Source: a virus (lineage: Duplodnaviria; Caudoviricetes). Taken from it: a stretch of 64,000 nt of DNA. The translations under genes were made by a program, and so were the position numbers. The stretch spans positions 32,761-96,760 of IMG/VR virus record IMGVR_UViG_2887663082_000001; one strand, 5' to 3'. Every line of letters begins with the position of its first letter. Positions within the stretch are counted from its first letter, which is position 1. Positions 50,400 to 62,208 of this stretch are shown piece after piece. The notes below the pieces were generated by a model. The model saw only the letters and a list, made by a program, of their open reading frames with translations, searched no databases and was not told the DNA's origin.

Positions 50400-50561
50400 G
50401 AAATTGTTGCGTGGCTGAAACACATCAATCTGACAGGCGATTATATTGGAAAAGCAAAGAGAACCCGGATTGCGGTAAGTTTCGTCGGTTGAGACTGGCT
50501 AAAGTCGAAAGGTCAAAAAAAGCCCTTAACGTTCAATAATTTTCGATATCCAAACTACCCC
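50400..50561 (+). mobile_element. Tn3-family transposon remnant (transposase 3' end + terminal IR 50525-50561)
   Basis: ..HINLTGDY Tn3 TnpA C-terminal motif; IR reads GGGGTAGTTTGGATATCGAAAATTATTGAACGTTAAG. Confidence 0.8.
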
Positions 50562-50753
50562 TTGCTCAGGGACACACCTTTACGCGCAGCGGCTTGAGAA
50601 AGGCTGAGACGGCCATCCTGAAGCGCGGCTAAGAAGTTCATAGCTACATCGTGTTTCTCTGAGATATTCATTGTTTTCCTGCCTGGCTAATTTTGTCGCG
50701 CCGGAGGTGGAGTTGGATAACCTACCGGCAATCTATTAATACTAATTATGTGA

Positions 50754-51710
50754 TTATTTAGTTAAAGCCTTGATGATGTTGCCTGCGACAGCTTCCCAAG
50801 TGAACCCAGCCACTTTCTCAGCGTTCGCTTTACGGTCAACCGCCTCTAACACCGTAGGCCAGTCAATTCGGGATGAAATCACTACATGGTTCACCAGTGC
50901 CAAACGGTCGGGAACGATACAATGCTCAGGAGTGAGCACCAGCGCGCCGCACATAGCGGCCTCCAGCACGGTCAGGCCGAGACTTTCAGGATGAGTGACA
51001 ATAAAGATATCCGCCTGCCGCAGTTCTGCTGCAAATTCGGTTGCCGGTATGCCTTTACGGCGATACGGCTTAAGGCAAATGTTATCCGGGTCGACATCAA
51101 TCAAACCATCATCTGTGAGCGTTCTGGCCATAAACGTAACCCCCAGTGCGGCCAGGTCACGTAGGTTCATCATAATGGTCAGCGAATGGTCGTACCCGGA
51201 AACGTCGAATGCAGCGTGATCAATAAAAATCCTCAGCTGGTCACCCTGTTTTTCTTCTGGGTAGAACAGGCTCTGATCTGCAGCCCATCCCACATAGCGG
51301 TTATAACGCTGGTGGCGGAACAGCCGGGATTTGTTACCCAGAAACTTCCAGGTATCGTCGCGAACGGTAAATGTCAGATCCACCGGCGCGCCATCGAGGA
51401 GAGAACCATCATAGATCTGGGTCACCGGCACACCGGCAAGGTCGCGCAGGCGAGAGCCAATTGAAAGAGGTATTCGAGTGAAGTCCCTTACACCCGGAGA
51501 CAAAATAGCGTTGGCACTGCTCAGCTTGACCAGCGTTATAACGCTATCGGCATAAGCTGTAGCGTCTTCGTCGGGCGAGTAGCCACGGTGGAATGCCAGT
51601 TCGATACCAAGTGAGCGGAATGCAGAGCAAAGATGGTACATCCACATATCGCTGTAGCATTTAACTTCGTCCGGGGACTTCTTTTGCGTTCCAATAATCA
51701 GGAGCTTCAA
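50754..51710 (-). CDS. GT-B fold (GT4-like) glycosyltransferase
   Basis: ADIFIVTHPESLGLTVLEAAMCG (E-x7-E motif) and C-terminal FTWE. Confidence 0.75.
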   Translation of the reverse strand: MKLLIIGTQKKSPDEVKCYSDMWMYHLCSAFRSLGIELAFHRGYSPDEDATAYADSVITLVKLSSANAILSPGVRDFTRIPLSIGSRLRDLAGVPVTQIYDGSLLDGAPVDLTFTVRDDTWKFLGNKSRLFRHQRYNRYVGWAADQSLFYPEEKQGDQLRIFIDHAAFDVSGYDHSLTIMMNLRDLAALGVTFMARTLTDDGLIDVDPDNICLKPYRRKGIPATEFAAELRQADIFIVTHPESLGLTVLEAAMCGALVLTPEHCIVPDRLALVNHVVISSRIDWPTVLEAVDRKANAEKVAGFTWEAVAGNIIKALTK

Positions 51711-52213
51711 TTTGCCCCCCTGGCGCTTTCAAAGGCATTTTGCATCTGGACGTATAACTCATGCCCATCGGTATCATGATGCAATTCAGCCCATCGCTCC
51801 CAATGCTGCACCACGGCTTGCCATTCAGGACCGCAATCATTCATTTTAGAAAAATTGTTATGGAATTCAGGAACAGCCTGCAGCAACTTCAGGCAGCGGC
51901 CAAAATCATCCGGATCTATGGGGTATGCCGATTCAGGAATAGTTCCCTCCCACCAATCACCAAAAGTTCCGCCGCTGAGAACAAATGCCATATAACGGCT
52001 ACTGCTGCCTGTTTCATCACTGTTTAACCACGCATTCAGGCCCATGCCCGGTACCACCGAAACATAAGCACGGCCATACTCAGCGACAATAAGATTCGCA
52101 GCCTCAATTACCTTGTTCATTCGACCATCAGCCGGTAAGCCCGGATGTTGGCGGTTCAGTTCATGACTAATAGCGGTGATCAATTTAATTTGGTTAATCT
52201 GATAGCTCTTCAC
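51707..52213 (-). CDS. Phage hypothetical protein
   Basis: W..S.ETG.SS..YP.DP.DFGRC..LL..VPE motif; coupled operon. Confidence 0.7.
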   Translation of the reverse strand: MKSYQINQIKLITAISHELNRQHPGLPADGRMNKVIEAANLIVAEYGRAYVSVVPGMGLNAWLNSDETGSSSRYMAFVLSGGTFGDWWEGTIPESAYPIDPDDFGRCLKLLQAVPEFHNNFSKMNDCGPEWQAVVQHWERWAELHHDTDGHELYVQMQNAFESARGAN

Positions 52214-52893
52214 AACTTCACGCTCCCCATAAAGGCCAGAAACTTATTGATGGCCGAGTTTATTAACTTGTCTCGATCATTAGCCCGTACCTTGTCCATG
52301 AACGCTTTAGCTGCTACAACGTCACACTCGCTCACGCCAATCGTGCCTTCACCGACAAACCACTCTGCATACCGTTTGCCTTCCGGAAAGTTAAAAAATA
52401 CTTTATGGCGACCATTCCATTCCCGATAAACCTGTACGTTCGTGACGCCAGGGAATCTGGATAAAGTCAGCTCTTTAACTTCAGCCAGTTTCGCCGCAGC
52501 CGCCGCACGTTCTGCTTTACCTAGGGCCTCGCGCTCATGATATTTAGTCTGGCAATCCGCATCACAAAACAAACTTTCATCTTCCCAAACACGTTCTGCA
52601 TTGCCTTCAGCACTAACCATCGATGCGCAGTATCTGCATTCCTGCCACCAACTGAATTCCTCCACTAACGCCTTCTGGGGAACAATGGCCTGAGCGGCGT
52701 ATTTATCCGCCTCAGGCATTCTGCGACATGATGTAACCTGGCTAAACTCAACATCCAGCTCGCCTGCGCCAACCCTTCGGGCGACGACATTCGAGGAGGC
52801 AAAAACGACGCATCCATACTCATCACCCTGTACGTTATACGCGAGCAACGGTTTTTCATTTTCTTGAACGTCAGTAGTCATACTATCAACCAT
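52210..52893 (-). CDS. Phage hypothetical protein with Cys motifs
   Basis: CRYC..FCDADC; operator AATTAGTATAATCTGTAA at 52895-52912. Confidence 0.7.
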   Translation of the reverse strand: MVDSMTTDVQENEKPLLAYNVQGDEYGCVVFASSNVVARRVGAGELDVEFSQVTSCRRMPEADKYAAQAIVPQKALVEEFSWWQECRYCASMVSAEGNAERVWEDESLFCDADCQTKYHEREALGKAERAAAAAKLAEVKELTLSRFPGVTNVQVYREWNGRHKVFFNFPEGKRYAEWFVGEGTIGVSECDVVAAKAFMDKVRANDRDKLINSAINKFLAFMGSVKL

Positions 52894-53318
52894 TAATTAG
52901 TATAATCTGTAATGATACATGCATAGTTAATAACGGTTCTAGGGTAATTTTTGTGGGAAACGACACTTTTTTCTTAGTACTTATCGCAGATCAAAGTTGT
53001 GGTTATTAGATACACAGGCGAAAAAAAACCGCGCTGGGCGCAGCTTTATCAGTTGGAATCCTCGAGCAACTGCAGTCCATTCCGGAGTTGCTCTATCGAG
53101 ATACCTTGCAATAGTTCGTCCCCCAAACGCACGTAAATCATCATGGGAAATGCTTCCGGTATCGGGCGGATAAGATCTCGATTCTCTTCCTCTAAGTTCC
53201 GGGTCCCAGAAATCCCCTAACGTCTTAATGATTTCATCGTGGTCGTAGGACTTCAGGTGTAGGTTTTGCTCATCAAACTAAAAATCCTGCTTCAATAGTA
53301 TTGATCAGCCATATTAAG

Positions 53319-53879
53319 TCATTTCATATGCATGGCCTTTGTATATTTGATTAATAACTTTAAGGTGCAAAACAATTCCTGTTGAGTCTTTAGGCCTAGT
53401 TTGTCCATAGCGCTTCTTTTATGTGTACTAATAGTCTTGACGCTACTGCCAGTATGCTGACTCCAATTACTTGGAGTAATCCCGCTGGCAATTGATTTCA
53501 TTGTGGATGTCTCTCTTGGTGTTAATCTAAACTTAGGTTGAATGCTGACTAATGGGGTATCCTCAGAATATACAAATTTTTCTAATTTCTTTAAAATATC
53601 ATTAACACTCATTGTCATGTCTATGGTCTCACCTTTTTTAACTTCAGTGTAGAACATCATCTCCCAGCCGATGTTAAATCTCTTCGGGGTGATATAAACA
53701 ACCGCCCCGTCAAAATCTGCAGCCGTAAGCTCTGCTGAATATGTAGTATCGATAAATACCAATCGTTTAGTTTTGGTTTCTGGCAATGAACTTTCGACTA
53801 AAAATGACAGCCCTAAATGTAGATACAGATTATCAGAAATGATACGCATAGCAGCACTCGTTCGTAGTATGTTTTTCAT
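53319..53879 (-). CDS. LuxR-family HTH regulator (no obvious receiver domain)
   Basis: LTPRE..SVKTISTHKRSAMDKLG. Confidence 0.85.
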   Translation of the reverse strand: MKNILRTSAAMRIISDNLYLHLGLSFLVESSLPETKTKRLVFIDTTYSAELTAADFDGAVVYITPKRFNIGWEMMFYTEVKKGETIDMTMSVNDILKKLEKFVYSEDTPLVSIQPKFRLTPRETSTMKSIASGITPSNWSQHTGSSVKTISTHKRSAMDKLGLKTQQELFCTLKLLIKYTKAMHMK

Positions 53880-54544
53880 GCATCTTAAAAGTACTAGCCC
53901 ACCTCGTGAGGACCCTATAAGTTATATCAACCATGTTAATGCGCGAAATAATCACTGACACTGCATGTTAAATCCGTCGATTAACAATCAAGTTCGATGC
54001 GTATAAGAAACAAAAAATAATAATAATGCAAACCAATATCGCCAAAACATTCAATTGATTATTATCAGCAAAAAACTCATTAATTGTATAACCATATGAT
54101 TTTAAAGAAATAAACAAAAAAACAACATCAATATGAGAAATTTAGTTACTTACGGACAGTAACACCTTATGATACTGATTTTGAAGTAAAAAAAACAAAA
54201 CCATGAATAAAGTAATACTAAATATTTCGCATCTTATTCGTATACCCACCAACAATCCTAAACCAACAACAGAATTACAGCTATAACGAGCTGCCACTAA
54301 GGGATATAAGCGCCCACTTCATCAGTGCTGAGCAGGAATAGATTATTATTTTATTAACAAAAATAATTGTTTTTGATCATAGGAATAAGCGGTAATTTTC
54401 CCAGAAAGATCTTAAATCTTGTATTCTGATTATTTCAAAGTTTGAAAATAAAAATACATAACGATAATATGCTTACAACTAGTACATGACTAAAAATCCG
54501 CAAGATGCAATGTAGTTATGGATTGAACTTAGAAGTCATTAACA

Positions 54545-54945
54545 AATGATGAGCAGTACTGACCAGAACGCCCTGTGTGAACAATGACATTTTTGGACGT
54601 TTTTTCCCCTAAGGCGCCATCCGCAGCACATCGCAGGCCAGTTGCCCGGTCATATGCGGCGACATCGACCAGCCAATGACGGCGCAGGCTGGCAGCAATA
54701 ACTTTAATGTTGTATTCCGGCAGTTCCTCAGCAAGCCGGGGCGTACCATAACGCTGTGTTGCTTTAGTGAATGCCTCACTGACAACGTTATCACTACCGG
54801 GCCGGAACTGCTGGAGTGGACCTGAATTATGGAGACACACGCACCAGACATGCCAGCCCGAAACAAACGGCATATGGCTTTGACGCTGAACGTAGTCCGG
54901 TAATTTTCGATAAAGATATACTTCATTTCAGGCGCTTCACCAAGT
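54545..54945 (-). mobile_element. Degenerate IS3 orfB fragment (frameshifts, internal deletion)
   Basis: MKYIFIEN..FSVKAICR, QRYGTPRL, VIGWSMSP.MT.QLACD and NVIVHT..QYCS, spread over different frames. Confidence 0.85.
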
Positions 54946-55226
54946 ATGTTGCGGCCTATTGGAGAATTATGTATCGGCGGCAATATCAAATAAAACAGTT
55001 AGTTAATCACTATTAAAAACATTAGCAGGCTAATTTGTATGACAAATATTTGCATTAGGATGTTTTTTTTAGTTCCATATGTTCACAGAATACATCTGAT
55101 AGCGAATACCATCTTTGCGGTACATGAACCATACTGCCACTGTTGTGCTCAATGGTTTTACGATGTTCAGATAGCGTCGCTTCCCCCTAGGCCAATATAA
55201 TCAGCCTCTGAAGGATTAATCTAAAT

Positions 55227-58200
55227 ATGAATCTTATTTATAATATAGTGTGGAACCATTCCCTCATGGCATGGACCGTAGTTTCCGAGTTTGGAAAAGG
55301 AAAAACCAAAAGTTCTTCCCCGAAAGCTAAAACAAGATCCATAGTACGCACCACCTCTGCAGTACTTGTTGCTATGGCCAGCAATGCCTATGCAATTGAT
55401 ATCAATGGTTATACAGATTTTAACTCATCCACAACTATCACTGACGGTATGCAGTGGAACACAACGGCAACCGTTCAAGTAGACGCAGGTGCTGATGTTA
55501 CGGTTTCCAACCCATCTGGTAACACAACTTTGAATATGGCCCCGGCTGGTGGGGGAAATACTTCTTTATGGATAAATGGCGGTTCATTAACCGCTAGCGA
55601 TAATGGCAGCCTACAGATGGGGAATAATAGTCTGTTACAAATAGGCGGTGCTCAGGTTGGGGGGTTGACCAGTGAACAGTCTGGTGGCTCAGCAGGAACG
55701 TTATCTGTCGGTGATTTAACAACTGCTACTGCTGCTACTGACGCCACAATCTGGATGTTTGGTTCTGCAACTTCTACAGCAAAACTGAATGCAAATAGTA
55801 TTGATCTGGAAGCTGATAAAAACGATTTGTTCATTGATAAACCTAGTAATTCAGAGCTTGGTGCTGACATTAATGTCGTCAATGATATGACTGTCATTAA
55901 CAAGACTGGGGGTAGCTTCCTTTTAGCAGGAAATTCGAGCCTTAATGTTGGAGGTAATCTTTATCTCGACACTACCAATGGTTCGTTTCTAGTTAGTAAT
56001 GACAGTAGCACACGAGGTATTAATGTTGGTGGTGATCTAACATTAACAAATAATGTTAAATTATCTTCTGACATTAACTCCGTTAGTACTTCCGCAGGGA
56101 TTTATTCCGCTGTTGTAAATGTCGCAGGTGATATCAATGTGATCGGTAAAAATGTTGGAAACACCGGGTTGCAAATCATCAATGCTGGAGGTTCCGGAGT
56201 AACTACTCTTGGTGATTTTAATATTTCATCAACAGTTAGTGGTAACACCACTGATGTTATCTTCGGCCATGCTGCTAAAGTAACCAGTGAGAAAGATATC
56301 AATCTTAGCAGTGTGAATGGTAGTGCCGTAAACCTTTATATTGGTGATTCAAAATATGGGGCTCCAACAGATATATCTGCTAAAAGCATCACTATGTCAG
56401 GTGATGGTGATAATAAAGTCATTTTCAATAATAATAAACCAACTAAAATTGGTGAAGATGGTTATATATTTGATGTGGCAATTGATGGCGCAGGAAGCGT
56501 CGAGCAGCAGTCAGGACACACAACATTAAGTGCCGCGTCAAACTACAATGGCGGCACGGTCATCAATGGAGGCCTGCTTTCGATTTCGGACAGCAAGGCA
56601 TTGGGAAGTGGGGGTGTGGTAGTAAATACTGACCCTGGTGATATAACTAAAGGTTTAGATATTGCCTATACTGATGGTTCTGATTTCACCAATACTCTGA
56701 GTGGTAGTGGCGACACAACCGTTTCAGGGGATGCGAAAATCGTCAGTGACAACAGCATCTACGCCGGTAACTGGAATGTTGTTGGTGTAGCAACATCAGC
56801 TCAGAATGCGACTAATAGCCATGACAATTTTGGCAGTGGGAGTATAAACATTGCCGAAAATGGTTCTTTAATTGCAGACACAGATGATTCATTTTTATTT
56901 GATAATAAGCTTACTGGCAATGGTCAGCTAACTGCAAAAAATAACGGCAACGATTTTAATTTTTCATCTACCGTTGGCAATGAATTCGCAGGCGACGTTC
57001 TCCTCGAAACGAATAAATTTGAACTAGATGGCGTTAATACAACCACCTTAGAAAATGCCACGCTGCATATCGGAAATGAAAACACAACAACTATAGGTAG
57101 TGGTACCCAAAACATCGGTGGATTAGCGTTTAATGGTGGGACACTCGTTTTCGGGGATATTTCACCAGGAACTACTACAAGTGACAATTTCATAGAGACG
57201 AGTAAGAACTTAGACTTAACTGGCAAAGGGTCTATTCAAATTACTGATAGCGGTAGTTTTGACAACATACCTCATGCTCCAGATGGCACGCGTCCTCTAC
57301 TCCAACAGGATGATGCCGGGGTTATGGTTAAGCTGGCAGACAGCACAGGAACCATCACAGGTAGCGGCGGTGACCTTAACCTAATAGATCAAAATGGTAA
57401 TGCAATATCTGATGCTATTGTAAACAATATTACTCAAAGCGGAGAGACCGTTGCCCAGGGCACCTATGATTATCGTCTTACAAGCGGTGATGATAGCGAC
57501 GGCCTATATATAAATTATGGTCTAACCAAAGTTGAGCTGTTGGCACAGGGAGATAATGCTTTAACACTAACGGCAGACGGTAATACTGGCAATGCAGCAG
57601 ACCTCAGTGCTCAAGTAGTCGGTAATGGTGATCTCAGAATAGATACAGACACTGATGTTTCATTGTCCAACAGCGGGAACAGCTACACCGGCGCCACATG
57701 GGTAACCGCTGGCGGGCTAAAAATGGGAAACAATGATGTACTGGGCAACACTCGTTTGCTTAATCTGGCTGGCGGAACACATCTGGATATGAATGGTTAC
57801 AGCCAGACATTGCAGAATCTGATCACTGAGTCAGGCAGTACACTTGATTTTAACAAAGGGGCTCTGACAGTAAACAATGGGCAGGTTGACGGTGCGATGA
57901 TTGGTGCAGGCAGTCTTAACGTTACTGGGGGCACCCTTACCATAAGTAGCGATAACTCAGATATGTCTGCTGATACTACTATAGCTTCTGATGGTGTAGT
58001 TAGAATGCTTGCTAATCAAGCTATCGGTACAGGAAAAGTAAATAACCAGGGAACATTATACCTTGGACAAAATGATGCCGTTTCAGGGGCATCAGTCGCC
58101 GCAACATTGCCATCTCAATACCAGGTTGGTGAATTGACCAATAGCGGTACGGTTGTTATTGGACATAACGACGCAAACAATAATCCTGTTGCTGGTACCA

Positions 58201-59597
58201 CTTTAACTGTGAATGGAAATTACATCGGTGACAATGGTCATTTACAGTTCAATACCACACTAGGTAACGATAGCTCTGTAACTGACAAGCTTGTTATCAC
58301 AGGTGATACTTCAGGAAACACTTTTGTCAGCGTAACGAATGCCGGTGGTGCTGGTGATTACACACTGAATGGTATTGAGCTTATCGATATTAGCGGCAAA
58401 TCTGATGGTATTTTTACACAGTCTGGTCGTATAGTCGCTGGAGCTTATGACTATTCTCTGGTTCGAGGGACCGGAAGCAATAGTAACAACTGGTATTTAA
58501 CAAACACAAAACCTGTTGACCCTATTGACCCTGTTGACCCTGTTGACCCTGTTGACCCTGTTGACCCTGTTGACCCTGTTGACCCCGTTGACCCTGTTAA
58601 CCCTGTTAACCCAAATGTTCGCCCTGAAGGCGGGAGTTACATCGAAAACCTTGCCGCAGCAAATAGACTATTTAACACAACCCTCCATGACCGTCTCGGT
58701 GAAACCCAATACGTAGATGCTCTGACAGGTGAAAAAAAGGTCACCAGCCTGTGGTTACGACAAGTAGGTAGCCATAATAACTGGCGTGATGGTAGTGGCC
58801 AATTAAAAACCCAGAGCAATAGTTATGTTGCACAATTGGGCGGAGATATAGCTCAGTGGTCTTCAGATGGTCTTGACCGTGGTCATCTTGGCCTGATGGC
58901 TGGTTATGGCAATAACCACAATAATACCCATTCCTCAGTGACTGATTATAGTTCGAAGGGTTCCATCAATGGTTATAGCGCAGGTATCTACGGTACATGG
59001 TTTGCAAATGATGCTGATAAAGCGGGCTTGTATGTTGATAGCTGGCTCCAGTACAGCTGGTTTAAAAACCACGTGAACGGACAGGAAATTGCTGGAGAAT
59101 CTTACAAATCTAAAGGGTTCACTGCTTCATTAGAAAGTGGTTACACCTTCAAGATGGGTGAGTTTTCGGGTAGCCATGGAACTCTGAACCAATGGTTTAT
59201 TCAACCTCAAGCACAAGCAACCTGGATGGGTGTGAAAGCAGACGACCACCGAGAGGCGAACGGCACACGAGTTAGTAGCGACGGAGACGGAAATGTTCAA
59301 ACACGCCTTGGCTTAAGAACTTATCTCAAGAGCCACAATGCTATAGATGAAGGCAAAGGACGAGAGTTTGAACCATTTATTGAGGCGAATTGGCTGCATA
59401 ATACACGTAGCTTTAGTGCAACAATGGACGGAGAACGAATCAGCCAAGCAGGTGCTCGTAATATTGGTGAGGTTAAAGTGGGCATTGAAGGACAAATTAA
59501 CCCACGTGTCAATTTATGGGGTAATGTCGGTACCCAGGTAGGTGATAAAGGGTATAGCGATACCAGTGCCACACTGGGTGTTAAATATAATTTCTAG
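55227..59597 (+). CDS. Type Va autotransporter adhesin, 1456 aa
   Basis: ESPR signal [14 protein letters not shown]; passenger; PVD-repeat linker; barrel ending KYNF. Confidence 0.93.
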   Translation: MNLIYNIVWNHSLMAWTVVSEFGKGKTKSSSPKAKTRSIVRTTSAVLVAMASNAYAIDINGYTDFNSSTTITDGMQWNTTATVQVDAGADVTVSNPSGNTTLNMAPAGGGNTSLWINGGSLTASDNGSLQMGNNSLLQIGGAQVGGLTSEQSGGSAGTLSVGDLTTATAATDATIWMFGSATSTAKLNANSIDLEADKNDLFIDKPSNSELGADINVVNDMTVINKTGGSFLLAGNSSLNVGGNLYLDTTNGSFLVSNDSSTRGINVGGDLTLTNNVKLSSDINSVSTSAGIYSAVVNVAGDINVIGKNVGNTGLQIINAGGSGVTTLGDFNISSTVSGNTTDVIFGHAAKVTSEKDINLSSVNGSAVNLYIGDSKYGAPTDISAKSITMSGDGDNKVIFNNNKPTKIGEDGYIFDVAIDGAGSVEQQSGHTTLSAASNYNGGTVINGGLLSISDSKALGSGGVVVNTDPGDITKGLDIAYTDGSDFTNTLSGSGDTTVSGDAKIVSDNSIYAGNWNVVGVATSAQNATNSHDNFGSGSINIAENGSLIADTDDSFLFDNKLTGNGQLTAKNNGNDFNFSSTVGNEFAGDVLLETNKFELDGVNTTTLENATLHIGNENTTTIGSGTQNIGGLAFNGGTLVFGDISPGTTTSDNFIETSKNLDLTGKGSIQITDSGSFDNIPHAPDGTRPLLQQDDAGVMVKLADSTGTITGSGGDLNLIDQNGNAISDAIVNNITQSGETVAQGTYDYRLTSGDDSDGLYINYGLTKVELLAQGDNALTLTADGNTGNAADLSAQVVGNGDLRIDTDTDVSLSNSGNSYTGATWVTAGGLKMGNNDVLGNTRLLNLAGGTHLDMNGYSQTLQNLITESGSTLDFNKGALTVNNGQVDGAMIGAGSLNVTGGTLTISSDNSDMSADTTIASDGVVRMLANQAIGTGKVNNQGTLYLGQNDAVSGASVAATLPSQYQVGELTNSGTVVIGHNDANNNPVAGTTLTVNGNYIGDNGHLQFNTTLGNDSSVTDKLVITGDTSGNTFVSVTNAGGAGDYTLNGIELIDISGKSDGIFTQSGRIVAGAYDYSLVRGTGSNSNNWYLTNTKPVDPIDPVDPVDPVDPVDPVDPVDPVDPVNPVNPNVRPEGGSYIENLAAANRLFNTTLHDRLGETQYVDALTGEKKVTSLWLRQVGSHNNWRDGSGQLKTQSNSYVAQLGGDIAQWSSDGLDRGHLGLMAGYGNNHNNTHSSVTDYSSKGSINGYSAGIYGTWFANDADKAGLYVDSWLQYSWFKNHVNGQEIAGESYKSKGFTASLESGYTFKMGEFSGSHGTLNQWFIQPQAQATWMGVKADDHREANGTRVSSDGDGNVQTRLGLRTYLKSHNAIDEGKGREFEPFIEANWLHNTRSFSATMDGERISQAGARNIGEVKVGIEGQINPRVNLWGNVGTQVGDKGYSDTSATLGVKYNF
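58512..58610 (+). repeat. 9-bp tandem repeat x11 encoding P-V/I-D/N linker
   Basis: (cctgttgac)n. Confidence 0.9.
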
Positions 59598-59606
59598 TCG
59601 GATAGT

Positions 59607-59633
59607 AACCGGGGACAAGTTCCCCGGTTTTTT
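59607..59633 (+). terminator. Intrinsic terminator after the autotransporter
   Basis: aaccgggga-caagt-tccccggtt-tttt. Confidence 0.8.
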
Positions 59634-59672
59634 AAAGAAATCCTCAAGACTTAAAGTCAACGTTGGTAATGA

Positions 59673-60035
59673 TTAAGGAAACAAAGTCCACCAAAGGTGT
59701 GGATAGAGGTTCGCAGCGCGCCCTTCCAGTATTTCTTTTCTTTCACGATGGTTATCGTTATCAAGCTGCAAAACCTTCTGCGACTCAAGCCGTGACTCGG
59801 CAAGGTCAAGCACCTAATTGTACAAATCGACGTCATTACCGGCGACATCTGCATTCTCCTGCGCCAGTATCATGAGACTATCGATGCCGTTCTGAATGTC
59901 ACGAGTCGACATGTCATCGCCCTTCACATGTTTCATTGCATAGTCGAGCTGGGTGATACTGCTGGTGACCCCCTGTTCAATTAACTCAATCAGATCAGGG
60001 GATTCCTCTTACTTAACTTCAGTATTAACGGTCAT
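59673..60035 (-). pseudogene. Phage ORF with two in-frame stops
   Basis: ATG 60035; TAA at 60011-60009 and TAG at 59816-59814 in the same frame; protein-like sequence continues past both. Confidence 0.5.
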
Positions 60036-60047
60036 GGAATTTCTTAT

Positions 60048-60266
60048 TTAGCTAGTTTTTTCTGCTTCTTTTACAGTCATGTGCCCAAGATAGGATGCAG
60101 CCAGCAGCGGAGTATTCGGAGGAAGATTCTCCTGGTGAGCTGCAATGGCGATCCCCATGGGCGATAGGTTGCGTTTTTTGCTCTGGTAAATGATGGACTG
60201 CAGGCCTTTCCCTGTATCAAAACAGATTGACCAGAAATGGTAACGGCGCTGGAATAAACTAATCAT
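60048..60266 (-). CDS. Small hypothetical protein
   Basis: RBS AGGA; two inverted C1-type operators upstream (60293-60310, 60331-60348). Confidence 0.55.
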   Translation of the reverse strand: MISLFQRRYHFWSICFDTGKGLQSIIYQSKKRNLSPMGIAIAAHQENLPPNTPLLAASYLGHMTVKEAEKTS

Positions 60267-60386
60267 AGGTATCCTGTCGACATAATCACCACACTCAGAC
60301 CATACTAATTTTAATGAAACAATACAGATAAATTAGTATGGTTTGTATTGTTAATTACTCATTTTCCTGATTTGTGATCTGGTTTT

Positions 60387-61097
60387 TTAAGATGAGGGGG
60401 ATGAGTAGTACTGGAAGCTCGGCAACCAGGCCTCGCAAGAATCGTATGGGCGAGGCTGACCATGGAAGACAACTACACTTGCTGACGCGGGGAGAATGCC
60501 GTTACCGCGAGAGTAGCGCTCAGTCGCCCACTTATTTTCACCGAGCTTTGCAATATCGGCTTTATAGCTGACGAACAGCTCCGGATGAATGCTCTGCCAG
60601 CGGCGACAATCGCCTATTACACTGCGAATGAAGCCTTGATCCCCCCACTTCGAGGTAACTGTACATTCTGCAGTATGTCGCATCGGGTCTTTCCAGAACG
60701 TATTCCAGATCTGCGCCTTCGTGTTATTGGGGATGTACATGATAGAGCTCATCAGGTACTGGGGATGGTAGAAATCCGTCAGCATGACCATCGTTTTACC
60801 GGTGATCTTCAGCAATTTGCTGATACTTCCGACTATCACAGTATCGAGGTCGAAGTAGAGTAAATCATCCTCAACATCCGGACGGAACAGATCAATCTTG
60901 GCCCACCAGCCTTGCATGCCACGATAAGAATGGCTGAGCGGAATGCAGGTCACCCGATCCATGACAAACGGCGTATCGGTAAAGCAAATAATTTTGTAGC
61001 CGGTCGGCAGCTGCGCCACCAACGTTTTCACATGGTCTATGCAGTAATCACCACCGGAACGCAGTACCAGCGCTATCGTTAAGCGTTTTTTAGCCAT
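60387..61097 (-). CDS. GT-A fold (GT8-like) glycosyltransferase
   Basis: WW.KIDLF, YFDLDT (DxD), GDQGFI, FHGQPRP. Confidence 0.75.
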   Translation of the reverse strand: MAKKRLTIALVLRSGGDYCIDHVKTLVAQLPTGYKIICFTDTPFVMDRVTCIPLSHSYRGMQGWWAKIDLFRPDVEDDLLYFDLDTVIVGSISKLLKITGKTMVMLTDFYHPQYLMSSIMYIPNNTKAQIWNTFWKDPMRHTAECTVTSKWGDQGFIRSVIGDCRRWQSIHPELFVSYKADIAKLGENKWATERYSRGNGILPASASVVVFHGQPRPYDSCEAWLPSFQYYSSPSS

Positions 61098-61684
61098 TGT
61101 TTTAAGCTCATTTGAGGGATTGAATTCAGCTTCCCACAGGAGACGACATTGACCTGAGGAAGCGCAGAACGGAATAAGAGCGGAAGATGAGAAAGATTGT
61201 TTGGTAGCCCGCCACTATGCACGCGAGGCTCTTGTGTGGCGTCTACACCGACCAGAGCAACATTCTTAAAGCCAAGATGGTACGCCAGGCCAAGAGCGCC
61301 CCAGGCGGAATTACCGTTATGGATCTTGGTTTCGTCTTCTGAGAGCGTTAATTTCGCGGACCAGCGCCATAACCACCATTCAGGGCTTCCTTTAACAGGT
61401 GGCTCAACCCCCTGCTCTCCTACCCGTTCAAACGGATACACATGATTAATATCTGGCGCACCGGCGGTGCAGTAATTCACATTACGGCGGCGGATACGTA
61501 AACGACGAATGTTGTCGCAGGAAGGATCGAGAGTGAAAAAGTAGGATGCGCGGGATAGCCAGTCGATAGCGCCATTTACGGCAATGATTGGCACGCCGCG
61601 TGGCGGAACAAAACCAGCCGCTGAGGGGCCGGAAGCCACAATGATCACCCGATCACCGCTTCGAGGCTTTTTATTGGGAAGCAT
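61079..61684 (-). CDS. Maf/DUF115- or sialyltransferase-like fold protein
   Basis: IVASGPS, IAVNGA, NSAWGA and ALVGVD motifs. Confidence 0.6.
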   Translation of the reverse strand: MLPNKKPRSGDRVIIVASGPSAAGFVPPRGVPIIAVNGAIDWLSRASYFFTLDPSCDNIRRLRIRRRNVNYCTAGAPDINHVYPFERVGEQGVEPPVKGSPEWWLWRWSAKLTLSEDETKIHNGNSAWGALGLAYHLGFKNVALVGVDATQEPRVHSGGLPNNLSHLPLLFRSALPQVNVVSCGKLNSIPQMSLKQWLKNA

Positions 61685-62193
61685 GTAAGTTCAGTTCTCC
61701 GGGAACAGTTAATTATGTCGATATGCGATAGCTCGTTGCGCACACCGTCGAATTCGCGATGCCACTTCTGGACACTGGTTTCTGTGGGATTACGTAAATG
61801 CCTTGTATGTCGGCCATGGAAATGAATGCCCTCTCGGATAGAACAGTCATAGCCCAGGAGATAGATATGTTTTGCCCCTAAGCTGGCGGCAAACTGGATG
61901 GCCATAGAACCAGAGTTAAACTCAACTTCAGGTGTCCCTATGCGCTGATATTCAACGCCATAAAGAACACTGGCTGACCGGGAAGCGGTGCAGCGTCTGA
62001 TACCTGCAGGGACTGCGCCCCCGTATCGCCGCCACCAATCTTCATCCCCAGCAAACAACGCATACGGCTGTCGAAACATGCTGTATGCGTTATTAACTGC
62101 AATAACCGGGTAACCCAGGCCTTCTATCTCTTCACAATCCACTTTCTTCAATGATGGTCCCGAAGCAACACAAAAGACTTCATCAAACAACAT
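61645..62193 (-). CDS. Second Maf/DUF115- or sialyltransferase-like protein
   Basis: VASGPSL, IAVNNA, NSG..AI, YLLGYD, HFHG, IINCS. Confidence 0.6.
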   Translation of the reverse strand: MLFDEVFCVASGPSLKKVDCEEIEGLGYPVIAVNNAYSMFRQPYALFAGDEDWWRRYGGAVPAGIRRCTASRSASVLYGVEYQRIGTPEVEFNSGSMAIQFAASLGAKHIYLLGYDCSIREGIHFHGRHTRHLRNPTETSVQKWHREFDGVRNELSHIDIINCSRRTELTCFPIKSLEAVIG

Positions 62194-62208
62194 GAGGCTC
62201 CGTGCGGA

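Noticed and set aside
59673-60035. Stop-codon reassignment or readthrough
   Set aside because: Two different stops (TAA and TAG) are involved and both end normal genes elsewhere in the window. Pseudogenisation is simpler.
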